Shown here in pieces: positions 1 to 14,164 of a stretch of DNA of 64,000 nucleotides. The stretch is from Chrysomallon squamiferum. Its lineage: Eukaryota > Animalia > Mollusca. The number at the start of each line of letters is the position of its first letter. Position 1 is the first letter of the stretch. The DNA is taken from positions 31,310,001 through 31,374,000 of the forward strand of contig CM022672.1 in assembly GCA_012295275.1 (NCBI GenBank), read 5' to 3'. Below the pieces are notes generated by a model that did no database searches, was not told the DNA's origin, and was given only the letters and a program-made list of their open reading frames with translations. Made by a program: the position numbers and the translations under genes.

Positions 1-2
1 CG

Positions 3-248
3 CATGACCGCACGTCCGTCTTCTGCAGCAACTGCAAATGCCCGACTCGTACCGTATCATTCATTTATCTGTTTGACCCAAGAGGTCACAGGTCGCCGCG
101 AGACGGTCACGCACGTGGAATTAATCAGCAAACCGGAAGCAGCGCTGGCAAACGAGACGTGCTACTATTTTCCGTACCGCTATTTTTGATGTTGACCTGT
201 CTTCTTCAAAGACGGTTCCAGGAATACACGTGTGGCTTCCTCCTTTGA
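3..248 (+). CDS. Probable 3'-terminal coding exon of an upstream gene (membrane- or GPI-anchored protein C-terminus), running in from the window edge
   Basis: Frame 3 is open from base 3 to TGA at 246-248: HDRTSVFCSNCKCPTRTVSFIYLFDPRGHRSPRDGHARGINQQTGSSAGKRDVLLFSVPLFLMLTCLLQRRFQEYTCGFLL*. GC content is higher than the flanks, there is a small-residue stretch (GSSAG) then a hydrophobic segment, and AATAAA lies at 261-266. Absent from the ORF track because there is no early start codon. Family not recognised. Confidence 0.4.
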   Translation, partial: HDRTSVFCSNCKCPTRTVSFIYLFDPRGHRSPRDGHARGINQQTGSSAGKRDVLLFSVPLFLMLTCLLQRRFQEYTCGFLL

Positions 249-475
249 ATGGCACTTGCCAATAAATTTATATATCATGTATGTTTGAAGATCTGCTGAT
301 TACCTGGCGATAGCAAACTCAACAGGTGTATTAATAATGCGTATGCTTGTACTCATTTTATGTTCTTGAGTTCATGTATGGTCATAGTTACACCAGATAT
401 TTATTTTCAAATATGTATTTTTTATATATGTATATATATTTTATTATTATTATTATTATTATAATGAGGTACGTT

Positions 476-510
<35 letters not shown>

Positions 511-618
511 CTGACTTTCATAGTAAGCTTCTGTTTGTATAAAACAGAAATTGTATGCTTTCTAATAATTATTCTTTGACTGAGAGAGAGAGAGAGAGAG
601 AGAGATGAGAGAGAGAAG

Positions 619-692
<74 letters not shown>

Positions 693-917
693 AAACACAA
701 AGAGAGAAGGCAAGAAAGAAATAAAGAAAGCGTTATCTAACAACAACTGTGTTTATGGCTGATGTAAACATTTCTCTTAAAGAGAACGAGTAGGAGAGAA
801 AAGACAAAGAAAAATAATTTTGCCTTTAGCTTGAAGTCCGTTTCAGTAGGTAATACGACGCATACATAAAAAACACATACCAACACACACACAAAAAAAA
901 AAAAAAAAGAAAAAGGC

Positions 918-949
<32 letters not shown>

Positions 950-1696
950 AAGCAGAGAAGAAAAAAGAAAAAACGAAAGAGAAAGAGCAGCAGTGATCCT
1001 CAAAGGGTTTAGAATTTCAGAACGCGATGAAAGCGAGCGTTGTACGATTACATGAATTAGTTCTGTTTCTTTCTGTTCCTACACTCGCTATTTTCTTACA
1101 CTCGTTTTTAGGAACGTACAACAGATACTAACCGTTTTGTGTTCTGCTCTTAATGCCAGTCGAGAAAACACTTATCACAGTTGAAAATCTGTAAATCTGA
1201 GGGCAGAGATATATGCGAATGTTCCGGTTTAATAAAATAAAATGAAAATAAACAAAATTTAAAGTAACATTCCGGCTTTCCGCATCGTGAAAAATAACAG
1301 GTTTAACGTTCTTTTAGGTGTTTTTTTCTCTCCAACAAACAAGTCTTTTTAATTACTGCTTCTGCAAAGCCGATTGTAACAGAATCATAGTTCTGTTTCT
1401 TTTCAGACATTATTTTATAAGAGCGAGTTAGGCAAATGATGATATGGAGTGTGTGTGTGCGTGTGCGTATGTGTGTGTCAACTTCGATGTACCAGAGTTG
1501 GTATTGGATATTACTACTACTACTACTGCTACTGTTACTACAGTTATTATTGCTTCTACAATAACAGCAACTACTACTACTATTACCACTGCTGCTGCTA
1601 AAACAGCTCTTACTACAACAGTGCTCTTTCTGTTATTGCTACTACTACTGCAGTTATTACTGATACTACAATCATAACTATTACCACTATTATTAT

Positions 1697-1728
<32 letters not shown>

Positions 1729-1889
1729 ACAACAACAACAACAACAACAACAATCACAGCATCATTAATGCTTCTTCTACTAACACTGATATTCTCTAAA
1801 CCTACAGCTGTTCAGCATGTTGTTTTCACGAGAATTGATAACTGAAAGCAGGTTTTGTTTCTGAGGACGGAATAAAGTTTGATGTGAAA

Positions 1890-2535
1890 CTGCACGTGTC
1901 AGATATTATATTATTTTGCAACTCAGGCCGGACTTCAGGGAATGAGGTTTTAGCTGAAATTGCATATTTATGTCGGATGATGCAGTTTTTCAGCCGGACT
2001 GCAGTGAATAAGGTCTGAGATGGAACTGCATATGTCAGATATTTTATTTGTACAATTCAGGCCGGATAGCAAATAATGAGGTTTTGCTAAATTGCATGTG
2101 TCAGATATTGCAATTCTACCGTTCATGGCGGACTGCAAGGAATGGGGTATGAACTGGGATTGCATAATTTTGTCAGATATTGAATTTCTACAGTTCAGTC
2201 GAGGAATGAGGTTTCACTAAATTGCAAATCAGATATAGTATTTTTACAGCTCATGCCGGACTCCAAGGAATGTGGTTTGGGCTGGAATTGCCTAATTATG
2301 TCAGCTATTTTATTTCTACAGCTCATGCCGGACGGCAAGGAATGAGGTTCGAGCTAGAAATGTCAGGTCCGAGCTAGAACTGCACGAATGAGGTTCGAGC
2401 TGAACATTTGGATTATTGTATTTTCTTCAACTCATGCCGGACTAGAACTGCACTTGTCAGATTATTGTATTTGCATGCCGGACTGCAAGGAATGAGGTTC
2501 GAGCTAGAACTGCACGTGACGGATTATTGTATTTG
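1890..2535. repeat. Degenerate minisatellite, ~67-bp unit, ~9 copies
   Basis: Recurrent gtcagatatt...ctcatgccggactgcaaggaatgaggtt...gctagaactgca, with gtcagatatt-like anchors near 1898, 2034, 2100, 2172, 2300 and 2456. Confidence 0.8.
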
Positions 2536-3093
2536 AAGTCGACGTGTACAGACTGGAGACAAGAGAACCTCGTGATGCTGGTTGCTTGTCTCCCACACAA
2601 CACACAGCGGCCTGTTTCCACGCAACAAAGATGCTCCCCGCTTATCTCTCGCTCGGTCTCTCTCGTCTTCGGACGCGATGTTAGGATTTCAGGGGCGGAT
2701 CTGCGAGATCGGATCAGATCTAGGATTTCCGAAAGGCGAGCAGGCATCAACACTATGGTGGTGTAACGTTTGTAAAGAAAATACTTTTTTTTTTTTTTTT
2801 TTTTTTGATGAAATATTTTTCTAAAAAAAAGAGAAGTGATTAGATCATAGCAGATCGTAGGACAGAATTTCGACAGGTTAATCGCTGTGACCGTTTATGA
2901 TGATAATATTTTTGATAACTTATAAAATATTTTTTTTTTTTTTTATGAAAATAAATAAAGAAAGAAAAGGAAAGAAAACGAAAGTGTAAAAAGTTAAAAA
3001 AAAAAAAAAGTGAAATTAAAAAAAATAAATATGTAAATAAATAAATAAAAGTAAAAAGTAAAACAGAAAGAAAAAGAAAGTGCAAAAAAAGTG

Positions 3094-3127
<34 letters not shown>

Positions 3128-3849
3128 AAATAAAAAAAAAAAATAAAAAAATAAATAAATATATAATATAATATAATATAATATAATATAATATAATATA
3201 ATATAATATAACATAATATAATATAATAGAAAAGAAAATAATAACTCTTATCACATTATATACCATCACAGAAATAAACTGCTGAAAGATGAGGGATCAT
3301 CACGATTACGTTTATAAAGAAAATATGTCTTGATTTTTGCTAAAGAAAAACATTTCACGAGACAGACTGTTTAGCGGGATTTGGGCTGCCGCTGAATCCG
3401 CTAGTGATCTGAGGATGTCAGTTCAGCGAGTGTTTGTGACGGAATAAAAGAGTTCTCAGATATGAAGAGATCTCAAGTGTTAAGACAGTGTGATGGATCA
3501 GACAGTCAAAAGTGCCAACGTTTCGAGTAATCAGCTGGATTCACTGTCTTATTGTTTACCATTTCCTGACAGGTCTTCGATAAAACTAACCAGCAGAAGG
3601 AGAAAAAGAAGAATATTTTTATAGAATGTTGTTCCTGAAGTAGAGAGAGAAAATACTTTTTAAAGGATTTTATAATGTTGTGTTCATTCAGTTTATTAAG
3701 CCCGACTGGTGATGATTTTTATTTTGTAATATTTATTTGTTTGTTTGTTTATTTACTTATTTATTTACTGAGTTTGGAACAAACGTTTTCCAACAGTTGG
3801 CATTTGAGCACGATATTTTATTTCACTCATAAGTTAAAGATTTACATAC

Positions 3850-3959
<110 letters not shown>

Positions 3960-4100
3960 TCTTTTAAACATTTATAATTTTAATTTTTTAATCCACAATA
4001 ACAAATCTTACTTTTCACATTTACATCACCTCAATATCCGTACCCACAAAACCTGCAACAGTCATCTCTTTTCCGATTTCGACAAACGTGAAATAGTACA

Positions 4101-4134
<34 letters not shown>

Positions 4135-4842
4135 AAGAAAATTGTTATTTTGTTTATGCAATTATCTACACGTATTTTTGAGTCTCCAAATTTCCACATT
4201 CACAACGTGCAAAATAATCCATTAACAACAAACCTTTGTTTCTTTCTTCGTAATCACCAGTACAAGCTTATTGTCTGAGAAAATATGCCAGACTCTGAAA
4301 AACAGACCCGAAATCATTGGGTGGCAGGCTTATTAGCCATATTTTGTTATTCCTCCCCCCTCTTCCTGCAAGTGCATTCCTGGGAAAGTTTGGAGTAGTT
4401 TTTTCTTTGTAGTAAGTAGACGTAACAATTTCTAATTTTTATTATTATTAATTGTTGTTTTTTTTTTTTGGTTTTTTTTTGTGTAGTCGATGCTTAAATC
4501 AGTTTGACAAAATAAATAAATAAATAAATAAATAAATAAAAACGAAAAGAATAAACTAAAAATAGAAGATAAAGAAGAAAAGAAATAATAGGGGAAAAAG
4601 AATACATTAACACGAGTAGAAAAAGAAAAAAAGAAGTAAAAATAAAAAAGCAGACAAAAAATAAAATAAATCTTCGAAATTACTCTGCAGTCTCTATTAC
4701 AAAACAAAAAGAAAAGAAAATAAATTAACACAGCTAACCAATTTCTGTTTGAGTTGTGACGTAATATCGTGTTACGTAACCTGGCAATAAATGATAAACA
4801 ATAAATCATCGTGAATGAGAAGCCGAGCTGTCAAAACTAACT

Positions 4843-4922
<80 letters not shown>

Positions 4923-5004
4923 GAAAGCGCGCACACTCACACATGCGCACGATAGCACACATTATCAGCTTACGATTAGTTTTAATGTCACTATTATTAT
5001 GTTT

Positions 5005-5045
5005 TGTAGGGGCGGGCGAGCTGCATGTGACGTCAGTTCCGGGTC
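5005..5045. promoter_or_regulatory. Compact promoter/enhancer-like motif cluster (GC box + CRE + ETS core)
   Basis: ggggcggg (5009-5016), tgacgtca (5028-5035) and ttccgg (5037-5042) within 35 bp in otherwise AT-rich DNA. No linked gene was identified. Confidence 0.3.
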
Positions 5046-5351
5046 ATACTGTTTCACATAACAGCGTGTTAGCTGAGTACTTCCTCGACCCGGTGAAAAA
5101 CACGTGTACCAAAAACTTCATGGAATAAATTCCAAACGTTCACGCAGTCGTTATAAATGATTTACACATGCCGCATATATATATAAATCTACGAGTTCAG
5201 TATGTTAATGAAGGGTTGCTTTAATCGTTTTGTATTTTAGCGAATTTGTTTTTAAAGAAAAATATGTTGAGTAAAACAACAAGAAAATGATAAACAAGCA
5301 AATAAAATTAAAATAATACAATAAATAAAAACATAAATACAAGTAGAGTAA

Positions 5352-5389
<38 letters not shown>

Positions 5390-5936
5390 AAGAAATAAAG
5401 AAAAATAAAATAAATTTAAAAAATAAAAAAAGAAGAAAGAAATAAACAGAAGAAAGAAAAATGTGTCTGCTGCTTTTGGAAAGAACGAACTAATTAGTTC
5501 AACTCTGGGAAAGTTTTCAGCAGCCAGAAGACAACTAGATACATACCGTGTACATTTGAAAGAAAGAAGAAAAATAAATAAATAAAAGTAAATAAAAAGA
5601 AAAAACATTAGAAAAATTAAAATAATAAAAAGTAATAGACGCATTTTAAAAGAAATTAAAAATGTGACATCTGCCATTCTGTTATAACATTTTTTTAGTA
5701 TTTTGATAATTTGCGAAAAACCGAATAAAAAAAATTAAAATTAAAAAAAAGGAAAAAAAAAGAAGGTTGGATTTTGGTATCAACATATATATATCATTAA
5801 CATAACTTCTTTTTCTCTTTTTTCTTTTTTAATACTGGAGTAATTGCAAGATAAAGTATGCGATTGTTTTTATTGTTATTCTTAGACTATAATCGATAAG
5901 CAAAAACTGACTTACGAAAATCTGTGAATACCAAAT

Positions 5937-6022
<86 letters not shown>

Positions 6023-7724
6023 CTTGTTAAAAATATACCCAAGAAAAGGAATCCCGCCATTATTACTTTGATAACTGCTATATTTAGTTGTATTTTGCTT
6101 TTAAAAGACAGTTATGATCATATATTTTAAGAACAGATAACAACAGCTATTAATGTCTGTATTTACCCTGTGACCACATTTAAAGAACTGATATAATCTA
6201 AACTTTTTTAGGAACAGCATCTCAAGTTACAAAACTAAATATTTATAACTAATAGGTAAGATAATTTCTTATGATTTTTAAAAAATAAAATGTAAAACGA
6301 ACGCTCCTGAATCCGATTTGGAGTTCGTCTGTGTGTGTTGTGTCTGTATGTGTTTCTTGTGTTGTGTTTATTTATGAGTGAGTGTTGTATGTGGATATTT
6401 TTGTGTGTGTGATAGTGTTATGTGTGCGTGCGTGTGCGTGTGTCTGTGCAGTTATAAAAGACTATATGTGTGTTTGTCCGTGTAATCAATCTATCTGTCT
6501 GTCTCGACCCATTTATATATCTCTGTATTTATCCATCTCACTCTTTGTTCGTCTTCTGGCTGTTGTTTCTATCTCTCAATCTGTCCATCTATCTCTCTGT
6601 CTATCCACCTATCTCTCTGCTTATCCATATGTCTGTCTATCTCGCGGTCTGTCAATGTATCTCCATCCCTCTCTTCCCCGTTTTCATTCCTAATCACTTC
6701 TCCCTCCCTACCTCCCCACCCTTTGCTCTTTTCCATCTTGATTTCTTTTCTCACCATTTCTAATTTTTTTACTTCTTATTTACTGATACAAACCCACTTT
6801 TCATTTTGTTTTTCTCTTTCTTTCCATCTTTCTATTCTTTCCTTCCATCTTTCTGTTCTTTCTTTCTGTTCTATCTATATTTCTATCTTTCTTTTGTTTT
6901 TCTCTTTCTTTCTTCCTTTCTTTCTTTCCATCTTTCTATTCTTTCTTTCTATTCTATCTATATTTCTATCTTTCTTTTGTTTTTCTTTCTTTCTTCCTTT
7001 CTTTCTTTCCATCTTTCTATTCTTTCTTTCTATTCTATCTATATTTCTATCTTTCTTTTGTTTTTCTCTTTCTTTTTCTTTCTTTCTTTCCTTCCATCTT
7101 TCTATTCTTTCTTTCTATTCCATCTATATTTCTATCTTTCTTTCTCTTTCTTTATCATTCAATTCTTTCCATCTTTTTTCTTTCTATCATTCAATTCTTT
7201 CTAATTTTTCCCCCCTTCTTTCTTTGCTTTCTCAACGAGTCATCAATGTTTTCTTCTTCATTACAATTTCAACTTCTTAAACGCTATCTCCATTAGCGGA
7301 TATCTTCTTGCTATAATTAGATAAAGTTTCGACTCTCAGGTCACCTCTGGAATACGTATACCGGCTGGTAAGGGAGTTGTATCGTTACGGGTGACTGGCA
7401 ATCGTCACTGATACTGTGTGCCGTGTGCAAGCGTGTCTGTCAGTGGACTGGCATGCGCAGTGCAGCTGTTTGCGCGCGAGAGAGTGATGTCACGTGGTTA
7501 TTTATACGTCGGCTGCTTCGGCTTGCATCATTAGTATCCGCAGAGCACAAAACACGAGATCAAATGCACACGAGTCTGACGACCTGAAAAATTATTTCCG
7601 ACAACCTACAACTCTATCACACTCGTAAAAATGTTATTTTTGACTTTTCTTTTATTGTATATATATATATATATAATCGCATGCACACACACGTACACAC
7701 ACACACACACACATACATATATGT

Positions 7725-7765
<41 letters not shown>

Positions 7766-7928
7766 CTATGTGTGTGTGTGCATGCGATTATAAATACATT
7801 CATAAACACACATATAGGTACACATACATATACGTGTGTGTATGTGTGTGTGTCTGTGTGTGTATATATATATACGTAAATAATTTATACATATACCTAC
7901 CTACCTACCTACCTACCTATACTTTCAT

Positions 7929-7965
<37 letters not shown>

Positions 7966-8442
7966 TGTTACGGAACGTATAAATACATACGTGCATACAA
8001 CACAAACACATACATGTATATATATATATAGTGTGTATTTCATATGATCTTTCATTCATGTTAGATTTACTAGTTAACTGAAAAGCTTCAGTTATCGTAG
8101 AACTCGAGTGTTCTCCTGCTGCCAGACTGTTACAGGTTTTTATCAAAATCTTATCACAGTCTCAGAAATTCCGCTAACGTAAAATGCAGTACATTGATGG
8201 CTTTTACAAATACACGTTATATTTATGAACAGAACAGTTCGAAAATTTTATACATAGACAGTGTGTGCATGTGTCTATATATGTGGGTGTGTGTGTATGT
8301 GTGTGTATGTGTGTGTGTATGTGTGTGTGTATGTGTGTGTGTGTTCAGTTTTTTTACCACATGCATGAACATACAAAGAAACAAAGAAAACAAAGAGGAA
8401 AGAAGCGATCAAAAGAATTAAAGAACGGTAATATTTCTTTTT

Positions 8443-8503
<61 letters not shown>

Positions 8504-9814
8504 ACACGGGCAATTGTTACGGAACGTGTAAATACATGCGTACTTACAACACAGACACATACTTGTACACACAATCACACAGATACAGACGAACAACACA
8601 TATATATATATATATAAAAAAAGAACGTACAACATTTTGGCATTGTTTCAATTTGTAAAACAACGTTTCTATTAAAGTACAACGTTGTATTTTTCTCTGT
8701 GGTTACCAACAGAAAGATGCGGAGACTGACAGAATGCGCGCGCGTTTATATGTTTCGGTTGCCATAGAAAGAATTGTGTTACCGTAGCTCTAGTAACCGA
8801 GTTAAACAGCAATATAAAGTAAAATTATTAGTAACAGCAGCAGTGTTAGTAGTTGTGGTAGCTCTTGTATGTAGTAGTTGTAGTAGTAGTAGTAATAGTG
8901 GTAGCAGTAGTTGAAGTAGTAGCAGTTGCAACAGTGGTGGTAGTAATAGTATTGTAACTAATGTCACCGTAGCTACGCTAATATTAACCTACTAGCAATC
9001 GCAAACCCAATACCATCATTATATGACCGGAAATACTACTACCAGGAAAAAAGCCCTAGAAAACCCCTCAAAAAAGGCCACAACCCACCAAAAAAAAAAA
9101 AAAAAATTCACCAACTGTTTTATGACTTATTTGTATTTCATATTTACTTACTAGTTTGTATTTACACGTCTACAAATACAAACTATTAGAATTTTGGCAC
9201 CTGCGTACTCATTTTTTTTTTCTAACAGTCAAACGCTATGCTTTCATCCTCGTTTTTCTTTTTTCTTTTTTCTTTTTCATCTTCTCCTTCTGTACTGACA
9301 TATGTTCTTAATAAGCAAGGTAAACCGCAGACACGTCAGTTTATTGTTCCAAGGACACGCGGTTCTAAAGACAGATTCTGCTGCTACATTAGACTGAACT
9401 TACAAACACGAGTAGAGACCCGGCATTAATCTGCAAGACGTGTGTGAATGTAGCGCGGAGTCGACACCGGGAGACATGGAATTTCAGTTCAGTGTGGCTG
9501 ATGGTTTCAGTCACAGAGTGAACGCCGTGTAGGAGTTTAACAGTCGCAGAGAATAAATACATCGACAGGCGCACTGACTCTACTGAACAACGAGCGGCTT
9601 GAATACCTGAAGCTCATAATCATCGGAGTACGAAACGATGAAGAAGGGGAAGTCAAACCCCATAAAAACAGACAGGAAAATGAGGGCAAAACTGTGTTTT
9701 CAGTCGGTGCAAAATTTATCTGGCGAACAAGGGAATGCAACCCAGTTACTTGTGTTTTTATTCTATGTAAAGAAACCCGTATATTCCAACCCCTCTACCG
9801 CAGCTCACTGGTCA

Positions 9815-10095
9815 AAAAGAACTCATACACCCACGTTTATAATGAATGATGTAACATGTATTAAATACATAATATATTATTACTCGAATAGAGCCTATAC
9901 ACACACGTTTATAATGAATGATATAAGATATGTATTAAATACATAATATATTATTACTCGAAGAGAACCCATACACACATGTTCGTAATGAATGATATAA
10001 TGTATTAAATACATAATATATTACTACTCAAATGTAATGGTTACGCTGACGTTCATAATGAATAATATATAATACATTTTAAATACATAATAATA
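9815..10095. repeat. AT-rich minisatellite, ~72-bp unit, ~4 copies
   Basis: Repeated gtttataatgaatgat...tgtattaaatacataatatattattactcgaa at ~9835, 9907, 9981 and 10051. Confidence 0.75.
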
Positions 10096-11184
10096 TAGAC
10101 ATTAAAAATATCATATTTTCAGATTTAGTTTGTAATATATATAGCCTTTACCCAATTATTATTATTATTATTATTAGTAGTAGTAGTAGTAGAAGTAGTA
10201 CAATTAATAGTAGTTATAGTAATTGAAGTAACAGTAGTAGTAGTTGTAGTAATAGTAGTAATAGTAGTATTATATATTAATCTAACGTTTCTATTACAAA
10301 TATAAAAACATCATTATTATCGTCATTATTATATTACTAGTACTCTATTATTATTATTATTATTAATTTATTTAGTTAGTAATAGTAGTAGTAGTAGTAG
10401 TAGTTGTTGTTGTTGTTGTATTATTATTAGTAGTAGCATAAATGTGTTAATCGGGTTAAGATTGCAATATAAAAATTCTAAATTAATGTCAGTCTCGTAA
10501 TATATTCTTTTTAAAAAAACCCCAGTATTTAGGCGTATAAAATAATTACCAATATTATTATTATATATAACTTAGCATAACGGGTTTTAACTGTTAACGT
10601 GGAACTGGGAAAAAATAAACGCTTACCTGATTATGTGTCATCTGCTACAGCAGTATTTTCACGAGATTCAGCGTTTCTGTCCGTCTCGTGCGTCTCACGC
10701 GCTTTGAGTCACTATGGCAATAGCTGAGTGACGGAGGCGATAGAAGTGGGAGGAGTTTACGTGCTAATATTTGTCAGAAATGTTGGCGGTTTATCTCTAC
10801 GGCGGAACCCAGATAGGGAGGAAACTGGTAATGGTGGGTGACTAACGTCCACACAAAAATTTCTAGGTGAGGTTGCACTCCCGTCCCTCACAAAGCGTTA
10901 GATTCTGTCCTCTATGTTTAATATTCTCAACTCAACACCCCAAAATAAACGCAAACAGTCTAAGCTGTTTTTTACGTTGACTAAACAACCCCCCACCCCA
11001 GTAGACGTTTCGATACTGCCCCATGTGTGGCGTGGTACGTTATACAAGTTATTAAATGTGACATTTACAGAATACATAACTAATTATCTTTCCTCGCTTG
11101 GGGTGGGTGGGGACAAAAGAATTCCAGTATCAATATGAGAAGTTGACAAGTTGCATATTTTTATCATTTTGATGTTTAAAATAA

Positions 11185-11216
<32 letters not shown>

Positions 11217-11308
11217 TCATTGAATTTATAGTGACAAGAATATATTTATCTACTTATATACTGAACTGAAAGCGACACACACATATATCGTTGACTATGT
11301 ATACAAAT

Positions 11309-11309
<1 letters not shown>

Positions 11310-11373
<64 letters not shown>

Positions 11374-11468
11374 CTTTCACTAACATGTAGAACTGTCTTC
11401 AGATAAACTAAATATAGATGTAGACGCGTCTGTAAAACTGGTTTACACTGAATCAGATACAGATAGCT

Positions 11469-11523
<55 letters not shown>

Positions 11524-11595
11524 CTTTCACTAACAGAGAACTGAGATAAACTAAAATAGATGTAGACGCGTCTGTAAAACTGGAAGAATCAGATA
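11310..11595. repeat. ~150-bp tandem duplication including a (GA)n tract
   Basis: actctttcactaaca...gatgtagacgcgtctgtaaaactgg...gaatcagata occurs at 11371 and 11521. The second copy has several small deletions. Confidence 0.75.
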
Positions 11596-12068
11596 AGTTT
11601 GTTAAGCTGATAGACAAGTTTGTTAAGCTGATAATTGGACATTTTATAGGTTCTGTGACAACTGCATGTTGATAAAAATAAGTACGTAAGTAAGTAAATA
11701 AATAAATAAAGAATGATAAAACGAAAATACTACTACTACTGCTACTACTACTAATAATAGTAATAGTAATAAAACTGACTAAGCGTCCAAATAAAATTTA
11801 AAATAGATCATTACAACATACAAATAATCTCAGTTTTTCAGGAGTTTTCACATGCAAATCTTTAAAAGGTTCTTACTGCACCTTTAATTTAAATCGGTAC
11901 CGGACCTAATACGGTAAACTTGATCATGCAAACTACAGTTGCTTTTGAACGGGAAGTACTGGTTCATACTGCTGTTGCTATGACAACTAAACAATAATTT
12001 GTGTGCATCCTTTTATCTGATAATGTGAACGTAAACGAGCCGGTATTTTGTCATTCTCTTTTACATAA

Positions 12069-12171
<103 letters not shown>

Positions 12172-12335
12172 TCACACACACAGACACACACACTGAAACC
12201 TAACATTATGGTAGTTTGTATAGTTTGTAATATTGGTACAGTGATTCGAACAAACCACATACACGTACTCAGAATGTAATAGGTGTTTTCCACTCGATAT
12301 ACTCGAAAATAAATTTGGTTTCAAATGATAGATCC

Positions 12336-12395
<60 letters not shown>

Positions 12396-12507
12396 CAACC
12401 GTAGATAAAATAAGAAAAACTATTTACAAAGTTAAGCTAATGAAAAATGAACTGTGTTAAAATAAATTATGTAGCTAAATAAAATATAATGATCAATAAA
12501 TGTACAA

Positions 12508-12552
<45 letters not shown>

Positions 12553-12556
12553 CATA

Positions 12557-13140
12557 CAGTGGTACCTTGACTTACGAGTTTAATTCGTTCCTTGACCGAG
12601 GTCGTAACTCAAATTCGCTTGTATATCAAATCAATTTTCCCAGATGAAATTCACTGAAATACCATTAATCCGTTCCAGCGCCCCAAAATCACCCCATTTT
12701 TTTGGTAAGGTGTTTTCAAATAATAGAAATGTATTTATAAATGACAAAATAAAAGAATGTAAAGAAATAAACTACTTTTGTAAAGTGTACTTATTTTACA
12801 CCAAACAAATTATTTTAACGCCTTTGGCTGCAGTTACAGCCTTTATCGACTCCTCATGCCTCAGTATGGTACATATCGTAGAAGTACTAAGCTCGTACTG
12901 CCTAGCCAAGTCGACTACATGCACACCTCGCTCATGTTTTTCTATGATTTCATGCTTTAATTCAAATGACATCATCCGCTTCTTCTTCTGAGTACTGTCC
13001 TTTGCACTCACTTTCTTAGGATCCATGGTCAGAAAAAAAAGATTTTTTTGAAAAATACAGCACAAGATGCGAGCACAGCACAAGAGAGATGCTTCCATGG
13101 CGAGGTAACCACATAAAGTAAAAGAGTGAGACGCGGGATA
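12557..13140 (-). mobile_element. Truncated, internally deleted Tigger/pogo (Tc1/mariner superfamily) DNA transposon
   Basis: TA followed by a Tigger-type terminus cagtggtaccttgacttacgagtttaattcgttcc at 12557. The minus-strand ORF 13026-12796 encodes MDPKKVSAKDSTQKKKRMMSFELKHEIIEKHERGVHVVDLARQYELSTSTICTILRHEESIKAVTAAKGVKII, a CENP-B/psq-type N-terminal HTH typical of Tigger/TIGD1-like transposases. The DDE domain and the opposite terminus are not seen. Confidence 0.85.
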
Positions 13141-13849
13141 CATACATACCTACATGCATAAATACATACAAGCATAAATACATACATACATATATATATA
13201 TACCTATATAATCTCACTTAGAGACACACTCACACATAGGAGGGATTAGAGCATGTATTTATATTTATATATGCACTTAAGATCTGGCTCTAACTAACTT
13301 CTGACGACACATACAGAAATGGAATATTCAACTTGCCAGTGCCATGTTTCCAGGAAAACACAGATGCGCACAGAAATAACGAAAGTCAAAATACAGCGTG
13401 CTTTGTGGGAAGCGGTGATTACTCAGTTACTGGGCAGACTTTTCAAGGTTCTCTTCATGGCCGGACGGTGACGTTGTCAGCGGTATCTGCCGGGGTTTGT
13501 GAGGTCGTGATTGGACTTTGTCTTCCTGTGGTAGCGCCGTACTGTTATCAAAAGTCTAATGAAACGAACATAAAAAATACTCAATCCTAAATTATACACA
13601 GACAGACAGATACACAGACAGCAACACGTACAACTGCGAGGCTACATATAAAAGTACATTCGTGAGTCTGATTATCCAGATCATCACCTTCCATGTGAGT
13701 TTGTTATTAGTTTTTTTCTAAACTAACCTTTCATAAGTATGAAGTACAAAAGGAATATAACATATCGGTGTATATTATATACAGTTTATTCTGTTTCCAC
13801 AGTTTATTAACATAGACTATGATCATACAGACTAATTCCTATTAGTAAA

Positions 13850-13883
<34 letters not shown>

Positions 13884-14164
13884 TACTCCTGTTATTTAAT
13901 GATCACCATTCACAGTAAATATCGAGTAAAAAGACACGTCGTGTTTCACAGTCTTCATTTAGCAGACAGCAAAAGTGTTTACTGATAGAGTGGGAGATAA
14001 TTCCTTTACCACTTGCATGGAGAGAATGCTTGAGTTATTTCCCTTTAGCGTTTCGAATTTATTCTAATTAATTGTATATTTTGAATAAAAGCTTTTGATA
14101 CAATATATCGTTTAATATAAAGAAATAGAAAAAAAAAAAAAAAAAAAAAGAAAAAGAAAAAATC

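Noticed and set aside
2680-2740. caggggcggatct...aggatttccgaaagg resembling a MITE terminus
   Set aside because: No matching opposite terminus or TSD was found, and the sequence is internally scrambled.
11310-11640. Tandem duplication as a biological signal
   Set aside because: The second copy differs mainly by scattered small deletions next to a (GA)n tract, which is typical of slippage or an unpolished long-read segment.
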